Shown here piece after piece: positions 41,631-52,093 of a stretch of DNA of 64,000 bases. The translations under genes and the position numbers were made by a program. This DNA comes from Candidatus Latescibacterota bacterium. GTDB taxonomy: Bacteria; Latescibacterota; CBDEFO01. Each line of letters begins with the position of its first letter. Within the stretch, counting starts at the first letter, position 1. Location of the stretch: the NCBI GenBank assembly GCA_965248755.1, contig OZ252149.1:1312001-1376000 (forward strand). Direction: 5' to 3'. The notes under the pieces were generated by a model, which saw only the letters and a program-made list of their open reading frames with translations, searched no databases and was not told the origin of the DNA.

Positions 41631-42797
41631 ATGTTACCCAAGAGGAACTGGATCAAGATCCTTAAGAAGTCCGCTGATCAGCCGGGATATGCACTAAGTG
41701 CCCTGAAGAAGCGCTCCAAATCGTATCTTACATATCACCTGTACGACGGATACAGCGCATATCCTGAGACCATCTCCTTATTTTTGACGTTCAAGTGCAA
41801 CCTCAGATGCTTCATGTGCGGTCAGTGGGGGGACGAAGGTTCTTTCAAGGAGTTTTCGTCAGATGTTTTGAGGTCTCAACTGTCGGTGGATGAGATGAAG
41901 GCAATAGTGGACGATGTCTCGTCCTTCAAGCCGAACTTCACGCTGTTTGGCGGAGAGCCGATGATCTATAAGGGATGGATAGAGGTCGTTGACTACATAA
42001 AGAGCAGGGGGATGCGCTGCAATATCGTCACCAACGGGACATATCTGGAAAAGTACGCAGAGGATATAGTGAGAGTCGGTCTGGACGAGATTATCCTGTC
42101 CCTGGACGGCGTTGGGGAGGTACACGACAAGTCAAGAGGGGTAGACGGATTTTACGAAAAGCTTTACAATGGAGTCCTGGCTATCAATAAGTTGAAAAAG
42201 GAAGAGAAGAAATCCGCTCCCATCATCAACGTGAACTGCACAATATCTGAGGTGAACTACCAGAGCTTAGAGGAAGTGGCAAAGGTCGGAGGTGAACTGG
42301 ACATAGCGACGGTGAACTTCCATCACATGCTTTTCTTTAACAGGGACACGTATGATAAGCACAACGTCTTCTTCGAGGAGAGATTCGGACACAGGTGTCA
42401 CGACTGGTCCGGATTTGTGAGGGAGGATCAGCCTGACATGGACGTGGAGTGCCTGTTGGAGAAGATGGACTACATTAAAAAGAACAGATGGGGAGCTTAC
42501 GTAACCTTCTTCCCGAACTTTACGGCCGACGAGATTAGGCAGTGGTACCAGGAAAAAGAGTTCAAATCCACAAGTTACAAGAATAGGTGCGTTAGCCTCT
42601 GGATGACGGCCTACATATTCCCCGACGGCGAGGTCAGGCCATACCATTCGATGGACTTTTCCCCGGGCAACGTCAGGCAAGAACCGTTCAGCAAGATATG
42701 GAACAACGAGAAGTACAAAGACTATCGGAAGTTGGTAAAGGAAATAAAGACATTTCCGGTCTGCCACAAAGGCTGCACCGAACTCTATAGATATTGA
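41631..42797 (+). CDS. Radical SAM protein with SPASM/twitch domain
   Basis: CNLRCFMC, GGEP, TNG, SLDG. Confidence 0.92.
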   Translation: MLPKRNWIKILKKSADQPGYALSALKKRSKSYLTYHLYDGYSAYPETISLFLTFKCNLRCFMCGQWGDEGSFKEFSSDVLRSQLSVDEMKAIVDDVSSFKPNFTLFGGEPMIYKGWIEVVDYIKSRGMRCNIVTNGTYLEKYAEDIVRVGLDEIILSLDGVGEVHDKSRGVDGFYEKLYNGVLAINKLKKEEKKSAPIINVNCTISEVNYQSLEEVAKVGGELDIATVNFHHMLFFNRDTYDKHNVFFEERFGHRCHDWSGFVREDQPDMDVECLLEKMDYIKKNRWGAYVTFFPNFTADEIRQWYQEKEFKSTSYKNRCVSLWMTAYIFPDGEVRPYHSMDFSPGNVRQEPFSKIWNNEKYKDYRKLVKEIKTFPVCHKGCTELYRY

Positions 42798-43369
42798 AAC
42801 TGCAAGTATCCATGTTTCAGTCCTGCCTAAACAGATATCTTTAGATTGCGAGTCCCTTTCGTCTAGCTATATCCTGCCTATCTTCTAACCCGATAGCGCA
42901 TCCAGCAAAAAAGCCTTCCTCGATCTTAATTTCCCGAGTGGCTTGGGGGAAGTTCTTGTAGAAAAGGATTTCTGCTTCAGTATCCTCTCTCTGTACGAAT
43001 CTTCCTATTCCCTCCAGCAGAGGTCATCCGAGTCGTACAGGATCACTTAAACACCTAAGCTCCTTGGGCACGATGGGAACTCTGAACTGGCTGAAGCAAG
43101 GCAAATCTTAAAGGATCTCCAGTTTCAATATACTCCTCAAGCACAGCAGATCTTGACTAGATCCAATTGGGCTTGTTCTCCAAACAGCGCCCGAGGCTGT
43201 CTGCCTGCGGAGATGTACATGAAGATCGTCGGATGGGGCATGCCCCATCCCTGCGCCAGACCAATGAACAAAACCGCCCCAGACTACTGCAACTTGGAGC
43301 TTTGCGGGGGAGAAACCACGTATAAAACCTAAACGAGTCTATCCATTTTGGTTGTGCAATAGGTCTGAA

Positions 43370-43579
43370 TCAGTTATCAGAAACCAGATCCACCACAGAT
43401 ACATTCAGCGCGGTGGCTATTCTCCTGAGAGTGCTCACAGTGAAGCTATGGTCTGAACTCTCCCACTTCGAGACTACCGACCTGTGGACTCCCACTTTCT
43501 TGGCCAACTCATATTGCTTAAGGCCGCGCATCTTTCGGTGCTTTCTGACATTCTCTCCTACAGTCACCGTTATCACCAC
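43370..43579 (-). CDS. XRE-family HTH regulator
   Basis: VGENVRKHR..LKQYELAKKVGV..SVVSKWE. Confidence 0.8.
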   Translation of the reverse strand: MVITVTVGENVRKHRKMRGLKQYELAKKVGVHRSVVSKWESSDHSFTVSTLRRIATALNVSVVDLVSDN

Positions 43580-43838
43580 CGTATAGATTAGGGGTTAAGC
43601 TAACTTCAGAATCCCCTCCCTACGCTCAATATACAAAGAATCTTCCTAAAGTGCAAGTTTTTTGTTTTAATTTCTTATTAAATGTTGTGTGCTATAAAAT
43701 GATATTCTCCCGCCGATAAAGAAAATTCCCGATAGATTCAGTCTTACCAAGAATCCCACTATTCTCTTGTGTTTTTCTCCCTCTAACGCTATATTTCCCT
43801 ATAAGAAAGGCAGGCGAAAAGAATTGAGAAGTTGTGCG

Positions 43839-44477
43839 ATGTTTTTTCTGATGATCCTTATTGTTTCAACTTCTAAAGCACTGCGGGCAGAAAGTTATTA
43901 CAGCTCTAAACTCCGCCAGATAATATCCGAAACATCTGTCTTTGAAGGCAACTTTGTTATAACTGTTATCCCGCTGACTGAGGAACTTACAGCCGCCAAA
44001 GTCTACGCCAAGATGAGTAAGGAGGGACACAGCAGACAAGAGATAAGAGAAGAAATAAAAAAGAAGACGCAAAAGGAGAAAAAGCTTATTGCGATAATAA
44101 CGGTAAAGTTTAAGGGTGATTCTCTGTCGCAGGCTCCGACAGCAATTTCTCTACCCGAAGATCTGTCAAAATACATATTTGTCGAAAACGACAGGAGCAA
44201 CTTCGTCCCATGCAAGATAGCCAGACCGGCCGTGGAGCAGGTGGATTCAGATCAAAGTTCTGCTGTCATCCCTTTAGTTTTCCATACAGAGTACCAAAAG
44301 GGCAAGAAGGAACACAATATCTTAGAGGATACGGAATACATCGAATTTGTCGTAGGAGGCCTGGGCTTTTCCAACAACCGCATCCGCTACGACACCCCCT
44401 TAAGCGATCTATGCAAAGATGCTTCACAGGATATCAAGAGTCTGTGGGAAGAGGCAAGGGACAATAGCTCTTTCTAA
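43839..44477 (+). CDS. Hypothetical secreted protein
   Basis: Long ORF with hydrophobic N-terminus. Confidence 0.6.
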   Translation: MFFLMILIVSTSKALRAESYYSSKLRQIISETSVFEGNFVITVIPLTEELTAAKVYAKMSKEGHSRQEIREEIKKKTQKEKKLIAIITVKFKGDSLSQAPTAISLPEDLSKYIFVENDRSNFVPCKIARPAVEQVDSDQSSAVIPLVFHTEYQKGKKEHNILEDTEYIEFVVGGLGFSNNRIRYDTPLSDLCKDASQDIKSLWEEARDNSSF

Positions 44478-44707
44478 CCCGATTAATTCATAAACTTGGT
44501 GGAGTCATTGCGAGGAGCAAAGCGACGAAGCAATCTCAAGGTTTTATAGTGGTCTCCTATGAGAGCCGGAGAGTATTACATCTACCACAGAATCGAGATT
44601 GCTTCGCCTCCGGTTCGCAATGACACCGAAGGTGGTTAAACGGCATAACTATAACCTAATACAATCCCTTAATTAATAGACGGCTTTTTTGTGAATTATT
44701 CGGGCTA
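44475..44707 (+). mobile_element. MITE copy 3
   Basis: TA-ACCCGATTAATTCA...TGAATTATTCGGGC-TA. Confidence 0.9.
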
Positions 44708-45571
44708 ACTATGTTCTTCGTGTGTCTTAAAAAAGAAGGGATTCTGTGCCTTTTCCTCCCCGACTGTCGTAGCTGGTCCGTGTCCGCAGAACAGATTCGT
44801 CTCATTTGAAAGCGAGAGGATCTTGTCCCTTACAGAGTTGATCTGGTCATGGTAGGCTCTGGGCCAACCTCCTCTTGCTCCACCCATCGATCCGGCAAAT
44901 AGCGCATCGCCTGTAAAGGCGTTTCCCACTGTGACGAAAGAAACCCCTCCTTTAGTATGACCTGCTGTGAGCTTTACCGATACGGCCAGGTTGCCTATTT
45001 GAACGTGGTCCCCTTCCTCTATTGTATCGTCAATGTCCCGTGAGGATACGGGCCCTAACTCTTTTTTGTGTATGAGAGCGGGAACCTTCAGATGATCCTT
45101 TGCAGCTTTTAAGGCTCCCACGTGGTCGCCGTGTCCGTGGGTCAGCAGGATGTATTGGAAATCTAAACCTGATGATTCGACTTCGGTGATGATCCTGTTA
45201 GCTTCAGCTCCTGGATCTATCAAAGCCCCCATTTTCGTCTCTGTGCAGCCGAGTATGTAGCAATTAGCTATAAGGCCGGCTCCAACAGGCAGCATTTTGA
45301 CTCTCACACCGGAGGTATCTTTACCCTGGGGATTCTCGGGTACCCAGGCTTTATGCGCAGAGTCGATGAGTTTGTCGGGATGGAGGCCGAGGACATCTGC
45401 AAGGAGTCTTATCTTATCGTCGGGAGGAACGTAGGCGTAATCCTCTATTTGGTCGAGTTCTGAAGATGAGATCCCGGTCCTTTCGGATATTTGGAGCGCG
45501 GATATTTCCGTCCCGAACCGGGCTTTCGATACTATATCGCCAAATTCATCTTCTAATTCTACAGGTGGCAT
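44705..45571 (-). CDS. MBL-fold metallohydrolase with N-terminal HTH
   Basis: THGHGDHVG, GHT, GDALF, GHG. Confidence 0.92.
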   Translation of the reverse strand: MPPVELEDEFGDIVSKARFGTEISALQISERTGISSSELDQIEDYAYVPPDDKIRLLADVLGLHPDKLIDSAHKAWVPENPQGKDTSGVRVKMLPVGAGLIANCYILGCTETKMGALIDPGAEANRIITEVESSGLDFQYILLTHGHGDHVGALKAAKDHLKVPALIHKKELGPVSSRDIDDTIEEGDHVQIGNLAVSVKLTAGHTKGGVSFVTVGNAFTGDALFAGSMGGARGGWPRAYHDQINSVRDKILSLSNETNLFCGHGPATTVGEEKAQNPFFFKTHEEHS

Positions 45572-45878
45572 GGCGTTTCATCTCCTTTCGCAGTGGGAGT
45601 TCCACATCTAAGATGGCTTCAAGGATAGATAAATAGAGTAGACAGTAGGGGTGAGGTCTACTCGTCCAGTATTCAGTAGATCGGGCACTTCCCACTAGAT
45701 TTACTGGGGGTGAACCCCCGATAGCATGATTCGGGGGCAGGCCCCCTCGCAATGGCCTTTCCGTTTCGTCATTGCGAGCGAAGCGAAGCAATCTCGATTG
45801 TTGTCACCAAAGACCTGAGCAAGCTCGGGAAAAATGTTACTTATTTGTCCGAATCAAAAACAACCGGTCCCTTTTGGA

Positions 45879-45907
45879 TTGACATTGATGCGTCTGTCGG
45901 ATATATT
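45879..45907 (+). promoter_or_regulatory. Sigma70-type promoter of rpe
   Basis: TTGACA-17 nt-TATATT. Confidence 0.65.
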
Positions 45908-45941
45908 ATTACCGTGATCACCACAGATTCGGGAGGCACCC

Positions 45942-46598
45942 ATGGTCAAGATAGCTCCATCGTTCCTATCTGCAGATTTTTCCCGTTTGACAGAAGAGGT
46001 CAAGGCCGTCGAAGAGGCAGGCGCGGACCTGATCCATCTGGACGTAATGGACGGTCACTTTGTGGACAACATAAGTTTCGGCTCTATGGTCGTCGAGACG
46101 ATTGGAAACCTTACTGATCTTAAACTCGACGTTCATTTGATGATAACAGACCCTGAACGCTACTTGGACAGGTTTATGCACGCAGGCTCAGATTCAATAA
46201 CTGTCCACGCCGAGATCTCGGGAGATGTACAAGGCATAATCGAGCGCATTAAAGACAGTGGACTATCCGCAGGTGTGGCGATAAGCCCCCAGACTCCGAC
46301 TGAGGCTTTCAGTCCCTTTTTGTCATCTATTGACTTAGCCCTTATAATGTCCGTCGAACCCGGCTTCGGAGGACAGCCTTTCATCCCCGAATCTGTAGAT
46401 AAGATAAAGCAACTGAGAGCCTGGATCGACCGGGAGGGCTTCGACACAGAGATAGAAGTTGACGGAGGCATCGGCGTCGAAAATGCAAGAGAAGTCACAG
46501 AAGCAGGTGTGGACATACTCGTAGCCGGCTCCTCCGTTTTCAAAAGAAAGGGCGGTCCCCTTCGTAACATAAAAGCGATAAGAGAGGAGGCAGAATAG
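45942..46598 (+). CDS. rpe: Ribulose-phosphate 3-epimerase
   Basis: IAPSFLSADF, HLDVMDGHFV, PGFGGQ, VDGG. Confidence 0.98.
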   Translation: MVKIAPSFLSADFSRLTEEVKAVEEAGADLIHLDVMDGHFVDNISFGSMVVETIGNLTDLKLDVHLMITDPERYLDRFMHAGSDSITVHAEISGDVQGIIERIKDSGLSAGVAISPQTPTEAFSPFLSSIDLALIMSVEPGFGGQPFIPESVDKIKQLRAWIDREGFDTEIEVDGGIGVENAREVTEAGVDILVAGSSVFKRKGGPLRNIKAIREEAE

Positions 46599-46641
46599 GT
46601 AGACCGTAGTCAGCGCACCGCCTCCCATCCCTGCTTGCTGT

Positions 46642-48453
46642 CTACTTATTTGTGGTCTGTGAACTCAGCTTTAATCCCAACTCCTTCAACTGCGCGTCCG
46701 ATATAGGTGTCGGAGAGCCATCCACCAGAGAAAAAGCGGCGTTTGTCTTCGGGAAGGCGATTACCTCCCTTATCGACCTGTTGCCTGTCAAAAGGGCCAC
46801 CAGACGGTCGAACCCGAAAGCTATCCCCCCGTGCGGCGGCGCACCGTACTCGAAGGCGTCCAGCAGAAATCCGAACTTATCCTCCGCTTCGTCCTCTGAT
46901 ATTCCCAACAACTTAAACATCCTGTTTTGAAGTTCTCTGTGAGAGATCCTTATGCTCCCACCGGCGATCTCAGTGCCATTTAACACCAGATCGTACTGTC
47001 TTCCTCTGACATTCAGCGGATCTTTCTCCATAAGGTCCACGTCATTCTCCATCGGCGATGTGAACGGATGCTGCATTGCCGCGAACCTCTTCTCCTCCTC
47101 GTTATACCCCACAAGCGGAAATTCTGTGATCCACAGAATGTTCCATTTTCCCTCGTCAAACAGATTGAGTTGTCTGGCTATCAGAAGTCTTATCTCCGCC
47201 AGCACAGAGCCGACCACGTCCTTCTTATCTGCAATAAAGAGCAGAAGGTCGCCCGCCTCCACGCCTGTGGCTTCGGCTATCCCCTTTAAGTTATCCTCTC
47301 TGAAAAACTTGACAATTGATGAGTCGAACCCCAACGTGGGATGTCCTTCCGGATCAACTATCTTCATCCATGCGAGGCCCTTGGCACCCGACTCGATTGC
47401 AAAGGCAATCAGATCGTCCACCTGTTTCCTGGAGAAGCTCCCACATCCTCTCGCATTGATGCACTTTACTTCACCTCCCGATTCCAGCGCGCCTCTAAAG
47501 ACTCTGAAATCACAGTCTTCCACGGCCTGGCTCACGTCAATCAGTTCGAGCCCAAACCTGGTATCGGGATGATCCGTCCCGTACTTCTCCATCGCCTCTT
47601 TGTAAGTCATCCTTGGAAAGGGCATCTGGAGTTCGACTCCCAGGACCTCCCTGAATATACTCGTTGTGACGCTCTCGGCAAGCGACATTACGTCCTCCTC
47701 CTCCACGAACGACATCTCAATATCTATCTGGGTGAACTCCGGCTGCCGATCCGACCTTAAATCCTCATCCCTGAAGCACTTTACGATCTGATAGTACCTG
47801 TCAAATCCCGCCACCATCAGTAGCTGCTTGTAGGTCTGGGGAGATTGGGGGAGGGCATAAAAACTCCCGTGGTGGATTCTACTGGGAACAAGGTAATCTC
47901 TGGCGCCCTCAGGCGTGCTCTTCATCAGAAAAGGCGTCTCTATCTCTACGAAACCCTCGTTATCTAAGAAATACCGGGTCGCCCTGTAGGCCTTATGCCT
48001 TTTGATCAGATTATCCTGCATTGTCGGACGCCTCAAGTCCAAATACCTGTACCTCAACCTCAGCTCCTCATTTGTATCCGTGCGGGACTCAATAGCAAAA
48101 GGCGGCGTATCAGACTCGTTCAATATCCTCAGCTCCGTGCAGTCCACATCTATCTGTCCAGTCTTCAGCTTGGGATTCTCCATCCCTTCGGGTCTCCGTT
48201 GAACAGCTCCCTTGATCGCAATCACGTACTCGCTCCTTAATTCCTCCGCTTTCCTGTGGACGTCCAGACTCTTCTGAGGGTTGAAGACCACCTGTGTTAT
48301 GCCCCACCTGTCTCTTAAATCCACAAAGATCACTCCACCGTGGTCCCTTCGCCTTGCCACCCATCCCATAAGGATGACGTCTTTTCCTATGTGCTCTGCT
48401 CTGAGTTCCACACAATTATGAGTCCTTCTCCAGCCCCGTATAGTATCAGCCAT
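46642..48453 (-). CDS. aspS: Aspartate--tRNA ligase
   Basis: RRRDHGG, TPEGARDY, FRDEDLR, YGAPPHGG..GFDR. Confidence 0.98.
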   Translation of the reverse strand: MADTIRGWRRTHNCVELRAEHIGKDVILMGWVARRRDHGGVIFVDLRDRWGITQVVFNPQKSLDVHRKAEELRSEYVIAIKGAVQRRPEGMENPKLKTGQIDVDCTELRILNESDTPPFAIESRTDTNEELRLRYRYLDLRRPTMQDNLIKRHKAYRATRYFLDNEGFVEIETPFLMKSTPEGARDYLVPSRIHHGSFYALPQSPQTYKQLLMVAGFDRYYQIVKCFRDEDLRSDRQPEFTQIDIEMSFVEEEDVMSLAESVTTSIFREVLGVELQMPFPRMTYKEAMEKYGTDHPDTRFGLELIDVSQAVEDCDFRVFRGALESGGEVKCINARGCGSFSRKQVDDLIAFAIESGAKGLAWMKIVDPEGHPTLGFDSSIVKFFREDNLKGIAEATGVEAGDLLLFIADKKDVVGSVLAEIRLLIARQLNLFDEGKWNILWITEFPLVGYNEEEKRFAAMQHPFTSPMENDVDLMEKDPLNVRGRQYDLVLNGTEIAGGSIRISHRELQNRMFKLLGISEDEAEDKFGFLLDAFEYGAPPHGGIAFGFDRLVALLTGNRSIREVIAFPKTNAAFSLVDGSPTPISDAQLKELGLKLSSQTTNK

Positions 48454-48714
48454 GTCGTTCTCCGTCACTAAAGTTTGCGAAGATGTTCCATTTTCTGCTA
48501 TTTCTTCAGTCTTTCGTCTAAATATAGATTGGGTCCGAAGATGCCACTTCTTAAAGTAAGAGCGGGGCAACTCCGCCCCTACATGTAATTGCCGCTTACA
48601 AGAAAGGGATGTTGGAAACTGATCGCCCGATCCTTATAATGATTGCCCTATGATCTCATGTGCACTCTTGAAAGAGGACCGATTATAAGGCTGTAAACAT
48701 AGGGATGATGTTAG

Positions 48715-49107
48715 TTACTCTCCTGCCGCCGGGACGCTGCTATTCCAGATGTCCGCAGTCATCTTCCATGTGCCATCGGCCTGTCGTTTCCGGACTAGTA
48801 CATATTTGCCTGTGTCCGTCATGGCCTGGCCGCCCTCTGGCTGAATGTTCAGCGTGTAGGCGCCGATCTCATATGCCAGGTTGCCGTCGTAACCTACACC
48901 CACGCTTTCCAAATTTATATCCCAAACACCCATTTCTAAGGCGCCTTCCCAGAACGCTTGAATCGCCTGCCTCCCGCTGACCATTTCAGTGTTAGGGGGA
49001 AGGAGTTTCGCATCCTCAGCGTAGAGGGCAGCTACTGCAGCTGCGTCACCCCGATTAACAGCTTCACAAAACTGGGTGTTCGTTTCCTCAATTGCTTGCT
49101 GGACCAT
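48715..49107 (-). CDS. DUF4440/SnoaL-like protein
   Basis: GDAAAVAALYAEDA, GKYVLV..RQADGTWK. Confidence 0.88.
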   Translation of the reverse strand: MVQQAIEETNTQFCEAVNRGDAAAVAALYAEDAKLLPPNTEMVSGRQAIQAFWEGALEMGVWDINLESVGVGYDGNLAYEIGAYTLNIQPEGGQAMTDTGKYVLVRKRQADGTWKMTADIWNSSVPAAGE

Positions 49108-49248
49108 GTTGTTTTCCTCCGTTTCGTCGGATCAGGTTGGTCTTTCCGGAAAAGGCTATCCTGAAATACCTACGATCAATAGACGTCCCGCCAAGCACAC
49201 TGTCGCCGAAATACAGTTGTGCGGCGTTGGTTATCTCTTATGTTCCCT

Positions 49249-49509
49249 CTAACGCTCCAGGATTTTCTCCCGCACCCAGGCATTGACAAGCGTCTCGGGT
49301 GAGGTTTGTTTTGACCTGGCAATTGCCGTTAGTCTGTCGGCAAGTTCAGCATCAAGGGCAATTAGATGCCCCTTTCGTTTGATGTCCACTTCGAAATCGA
49401 CTTCCGGAATTTGATCGAAGTATTCACCCAAATCGTGGTTGTCAAAGAGCTCCACCAGCTCATCCAGGGACCCGGACTGAGGTAGGCTCGTTGCTTCACT
49501 TTTTGCCAT
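49249..49509 (-). CDS. CopG/BrnA-type antitoxin-like protein (orphan)
   Basis: ELVELFDNHDLGEY...IARSKQTSPETLVNAWVREK. Confidence 0.7.
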   Translation of the reverse strand: MAKSEATSLPQSGSLDELVELFDNHDLGEYFDQIPEVDFEVDIKRKGHLIALDAELADRLTAIARSKQTSPETLVNAWVREKILER

Positions 49510-49676
49510 ATTGCCTTCTCTCCTTTGGGCCACATCTCAACTACATAATGCCTCCCATCCTCATTGAGTCTGTCCGATGATTTCTGGCAGGCAATGGCGC
49601 ATAACGGTCCCCCAAGTTTGCGAAGCAGGCGGAGCGAAGTGGTGGCCGTCTGGGTGGGCTGAAATGGGACCGCGAA

Positions 49677-51260
49677 CTACATATTCCCATATTTTCCCGA
49701 ATAGATCTCTCTCAAGACCGGCTTCTGGACTTTGCTCGTGGCCGTTGTGACGGGCAGGCTGTCTACGAACTCGACGTATCTGGGTTTCTTGTATCCTGCA
49801 AGATTTTCCCTTACGTATTGTATGACTTCGTCTTCTGTAATATCCGCTCCATCCTGAGGGACTACGACAGCAAGTACCGATTCTCCCCATTCTTTGTCAG
49901 GCACTCCGATAACCGCTGTGTCCTTTATCTTTTCGTGTGTCTTGAGGAATTTCTCTATCTCGACGGGGTATATGTTCTCTCCGCCGCTGATGATCATATC
50001 CTTCGAGCGTCCGGCGATGTAGATGTAACCCTCTTCGTCATAATAAGCCATATCTCCGCTGTAGAGCCAACCGTCTTTGAGGACTTCCTCTGTTTTATCG
50101 GGCATATTCCAGTATCCCTTCATTATCGTAGGCCCTTTAGCGATTACTTCACCGACCTGTCCGACCTCTACATCGTTTCCGGCCCCGTCCACTATTCTGA
50201 TTTCGACGAAGGGATGAGGTTTTCCGACCGACCCTATCTTCTCTTTGTTATTTCTTGTGAGCTTTGAGAACGTTATTACGCAGCCCGCTTCTGTGAGGCC
50301 ATAGGTAACATAGACGTCTGCATTGAAGAGGTCCATGACCCCGTCCAACAGATCCTCAGGGAGTGTGTCCGATGAGCCGAGACACCTTCTAATCGAGCTT
50401 ACATCGTATTTGTGTCTGTCCTCGAGGGCGAGTATGCGCCTCCAGACTGTGGGCACACAGAAGATATTGGTGAGTCTGTACTTTTGGGCCGCGATCACTA
50501 TCTCCTCTGGGTCTGCTCTATCCAGGATGACAACTGTGGCTCCCGCTATGAAGTGAGGAAGGAGTATGCAGTCCGGGCCTCCTGTGTGGAAGAGAGGATA
50601 GACTATGATCCCTACGTCTTCCTCCACGTTGCCCGTCCTCAAAGACCATGCAAGGGCGTGAAGATAGTGGTTTTTATGCGTAAGAAGAGCCCCTTTCGGA
50701 AAACCGGTCGTGCCGCTTGTGTAGAGGATTATATGCGGGTCATCTTCGGATATCTCAACTTCAGGTTCTGCAGACGGATAGGAGTCTATGAGTTCCTCAA
50801 GGTAAATCGCATCGGGGTCAGGCGCCGACCCCGTGACGGCCTTCTCTCCAAAGTAGATAGTCCTTCTCAAAGTACGAAGGTCTGACAGGATGGGACCTAC
50901 GGCATCGTAGAATTGAGTGTTTACTATGAACAAAGAGGTCTGTGACTGGTCGATTGTATATTTTATCTCTCCGGCTTTATACCAGAAGTTTACGGGTACT
51001 ATTATGGCACCTGTCTTGGCAACCGCAAAGTAAACAATTACGTATTCGATGGAGTTTCTGCCCAGGATGGCGACCCTGTCCCCCTTTTTGACGCCGATGT
51101 CCATAAGGGCGTTGGAGAGGCTGTTGACCTTTTCATTTAGCTGTCCGTAAGAAAGGGATCGGTTGCCAAAAATGACGGCTATTTTGTCCCTGAATGTGTT
51201 GAAATGCGCGTTTCTGCGAAGAATGTTGCCCAATAACATATTACGAATCCTATCTGTCAC
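49677..51260 (-). CDS. Acyl-CoA synthetase (AMP-forming)
   Basis: YTSGTTGFPKG, YGLTE, SGD, GRSKDMIISGGENIYP. Confidence 0.95.
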   Translation of the reverse strand: MTDRIRNMLLGNILRRNAHFNTFRDKIAVIFGNRSLSYGQLNEKVNSLSNALMDIGVKKGDRVAILGRNSIEYVIVYFAVAKTGAIIVPVNFWYKAGEIKYTIDQSQTSLFIVNTQFYDAVGPILSDLRTLRRTIYFGEKAVTGSAPDPDAIYLEELIDSYPSAEPEVEISEDDPHIILYTSGTTGFPKGALLTHKNHYLHALAWSLRTGNVEEDVGIIVYPLFHTGGPDCILLPHFIAGATVVILDRADPEEIVIAAQKYRLTNIFCVPTVWRRILALEDRHKYDVSSIRRCLGSSDTLPEDLLDGVMDLFNADVYVTYGLTEAGCVITFSKLTRNNKEKIGSVGKPHPFVEIRIVDGAGNDVEVGQVGEVIAKGPTIMKGYWNMPDKTEEVLKDGWLYSGDMAYYDEEGYIYIAGRSKDMIISGGENIYPVEIEKFLKTHEKIKDTAVIGVPDKEWGESVLAVVVPQDGADITEDEVIQYVRENLAGYKKPRYVEFVDSLPVTTATSKVQKPVLREIYSGKYGNM

Positions 51261-51689
51261 CTATTCTGAGACGAGGATTTTACAATTGCCTTCAACGACT
51301 ATCGTATGCTCATGGTTTTTAGACACTCCACTAAAAGCTACTACCCCCGATTTCTTATCAGGCTTGAAGTCCTTGGATTCTACCTCCCACTCTGTCGTAA
51401 TCGTATCTCCGGCGTGGACGGGTGCTCTAAAGCGGAAGTCTATCTGGACGAGGGCTACGGCTTTGCTCGAAAGGTGGTTCCCGAGGACGCCGCACATAAC
51501 GCCTGCGGTCAGACAGCCGTGCGCGATGGGCAACTTGAATCTGGTCTTCTTTGCAAACTCCCTGTTTACGTGGATAGGGTTGAAGTCCTTAAATATCCCA
51601 GCCCCTGTAGATATGTGATGCTCCGTGATGGTTACGGCATCGGAGATTATGTCTCCCTCTTTGAGGTCGTGAAATCCCCGGGGGTTCAT
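51261..51689 (-). CDS. MaoC-family dehydratase
   Basis: DFNPIH, IAHG, FRAPVHAGDT. Confidence 0.92.
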   Translation of the reverse strand: MNPRGFHDLKEGDIISDAVTITEHHISTGAGIFKDFNPIHVNREFAKKTRFKLPIAHGCLTAGVMCGVLGNHLSSKAVALVQIDFRFRAPVHAGDTITTEWEVESKDFKPDKKSGVVAFSGVSKNHEHTIVVEGNCKILVSE

Positions 51690-52084
51690 GATTTGATCTT
51701 GTCTTTTACTCTGGACCCAAATCTTTCCACGTCTATTATGAAGCGTTCGTGCGTTCCTTCCCCGATCTTCTCCATTTCATCGAAGGCCTCCACCTGGAAG
51801 ACACAATTCCTTCCGTCTATTCCTATAAGCTTGGAATTTACCGTCACCTTCATTCCGATGGGTGTGGCCGCAAGGTGCTTTACCTCCACCTGTGTCCCGA
51901 CGGAGTTTTCGCCCTCCTCAAGATAGGGCTCTAAGACCTTGTGGGAGGTCAACTCCATAAGGTCAATCATCGAGGGCGTCGAATAGACAGGCGGAGCACC
52001 CCCGCCTGAAAATGTGATGACCTCCTTTGCAGTCACGTTGATGGAGATTTCTGCATAAGCTCCGATCTCAGGTTTCTCTTTCAC
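51686..52084 (-). CDS. FlK-like hotdog thioesterase
   Basis: VYSTPSMI.LME, VGT..EVKHLAATP, GTHERF. Confidence 0.92.
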   Translation of the reverse strand: MKEKPEIGAYAEISINVTAKEVITFSGGGAPPVYSTPSMIDLMELTSHKVLEPYLEEGENSVGTQVEVKHLAATPIGMKVTVNSKLIGIDGRNCVFQVEAFDEMEKIGEGTHERFIIDVERFGSRVKDKIKS

Positions 52085-52093
52085 TCTATTCTC

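Noticed and set aside
42798..43369. Gene in the spacer after the radical SAM gene
   Set aside because: Only short ORFs with no recognisable motif.
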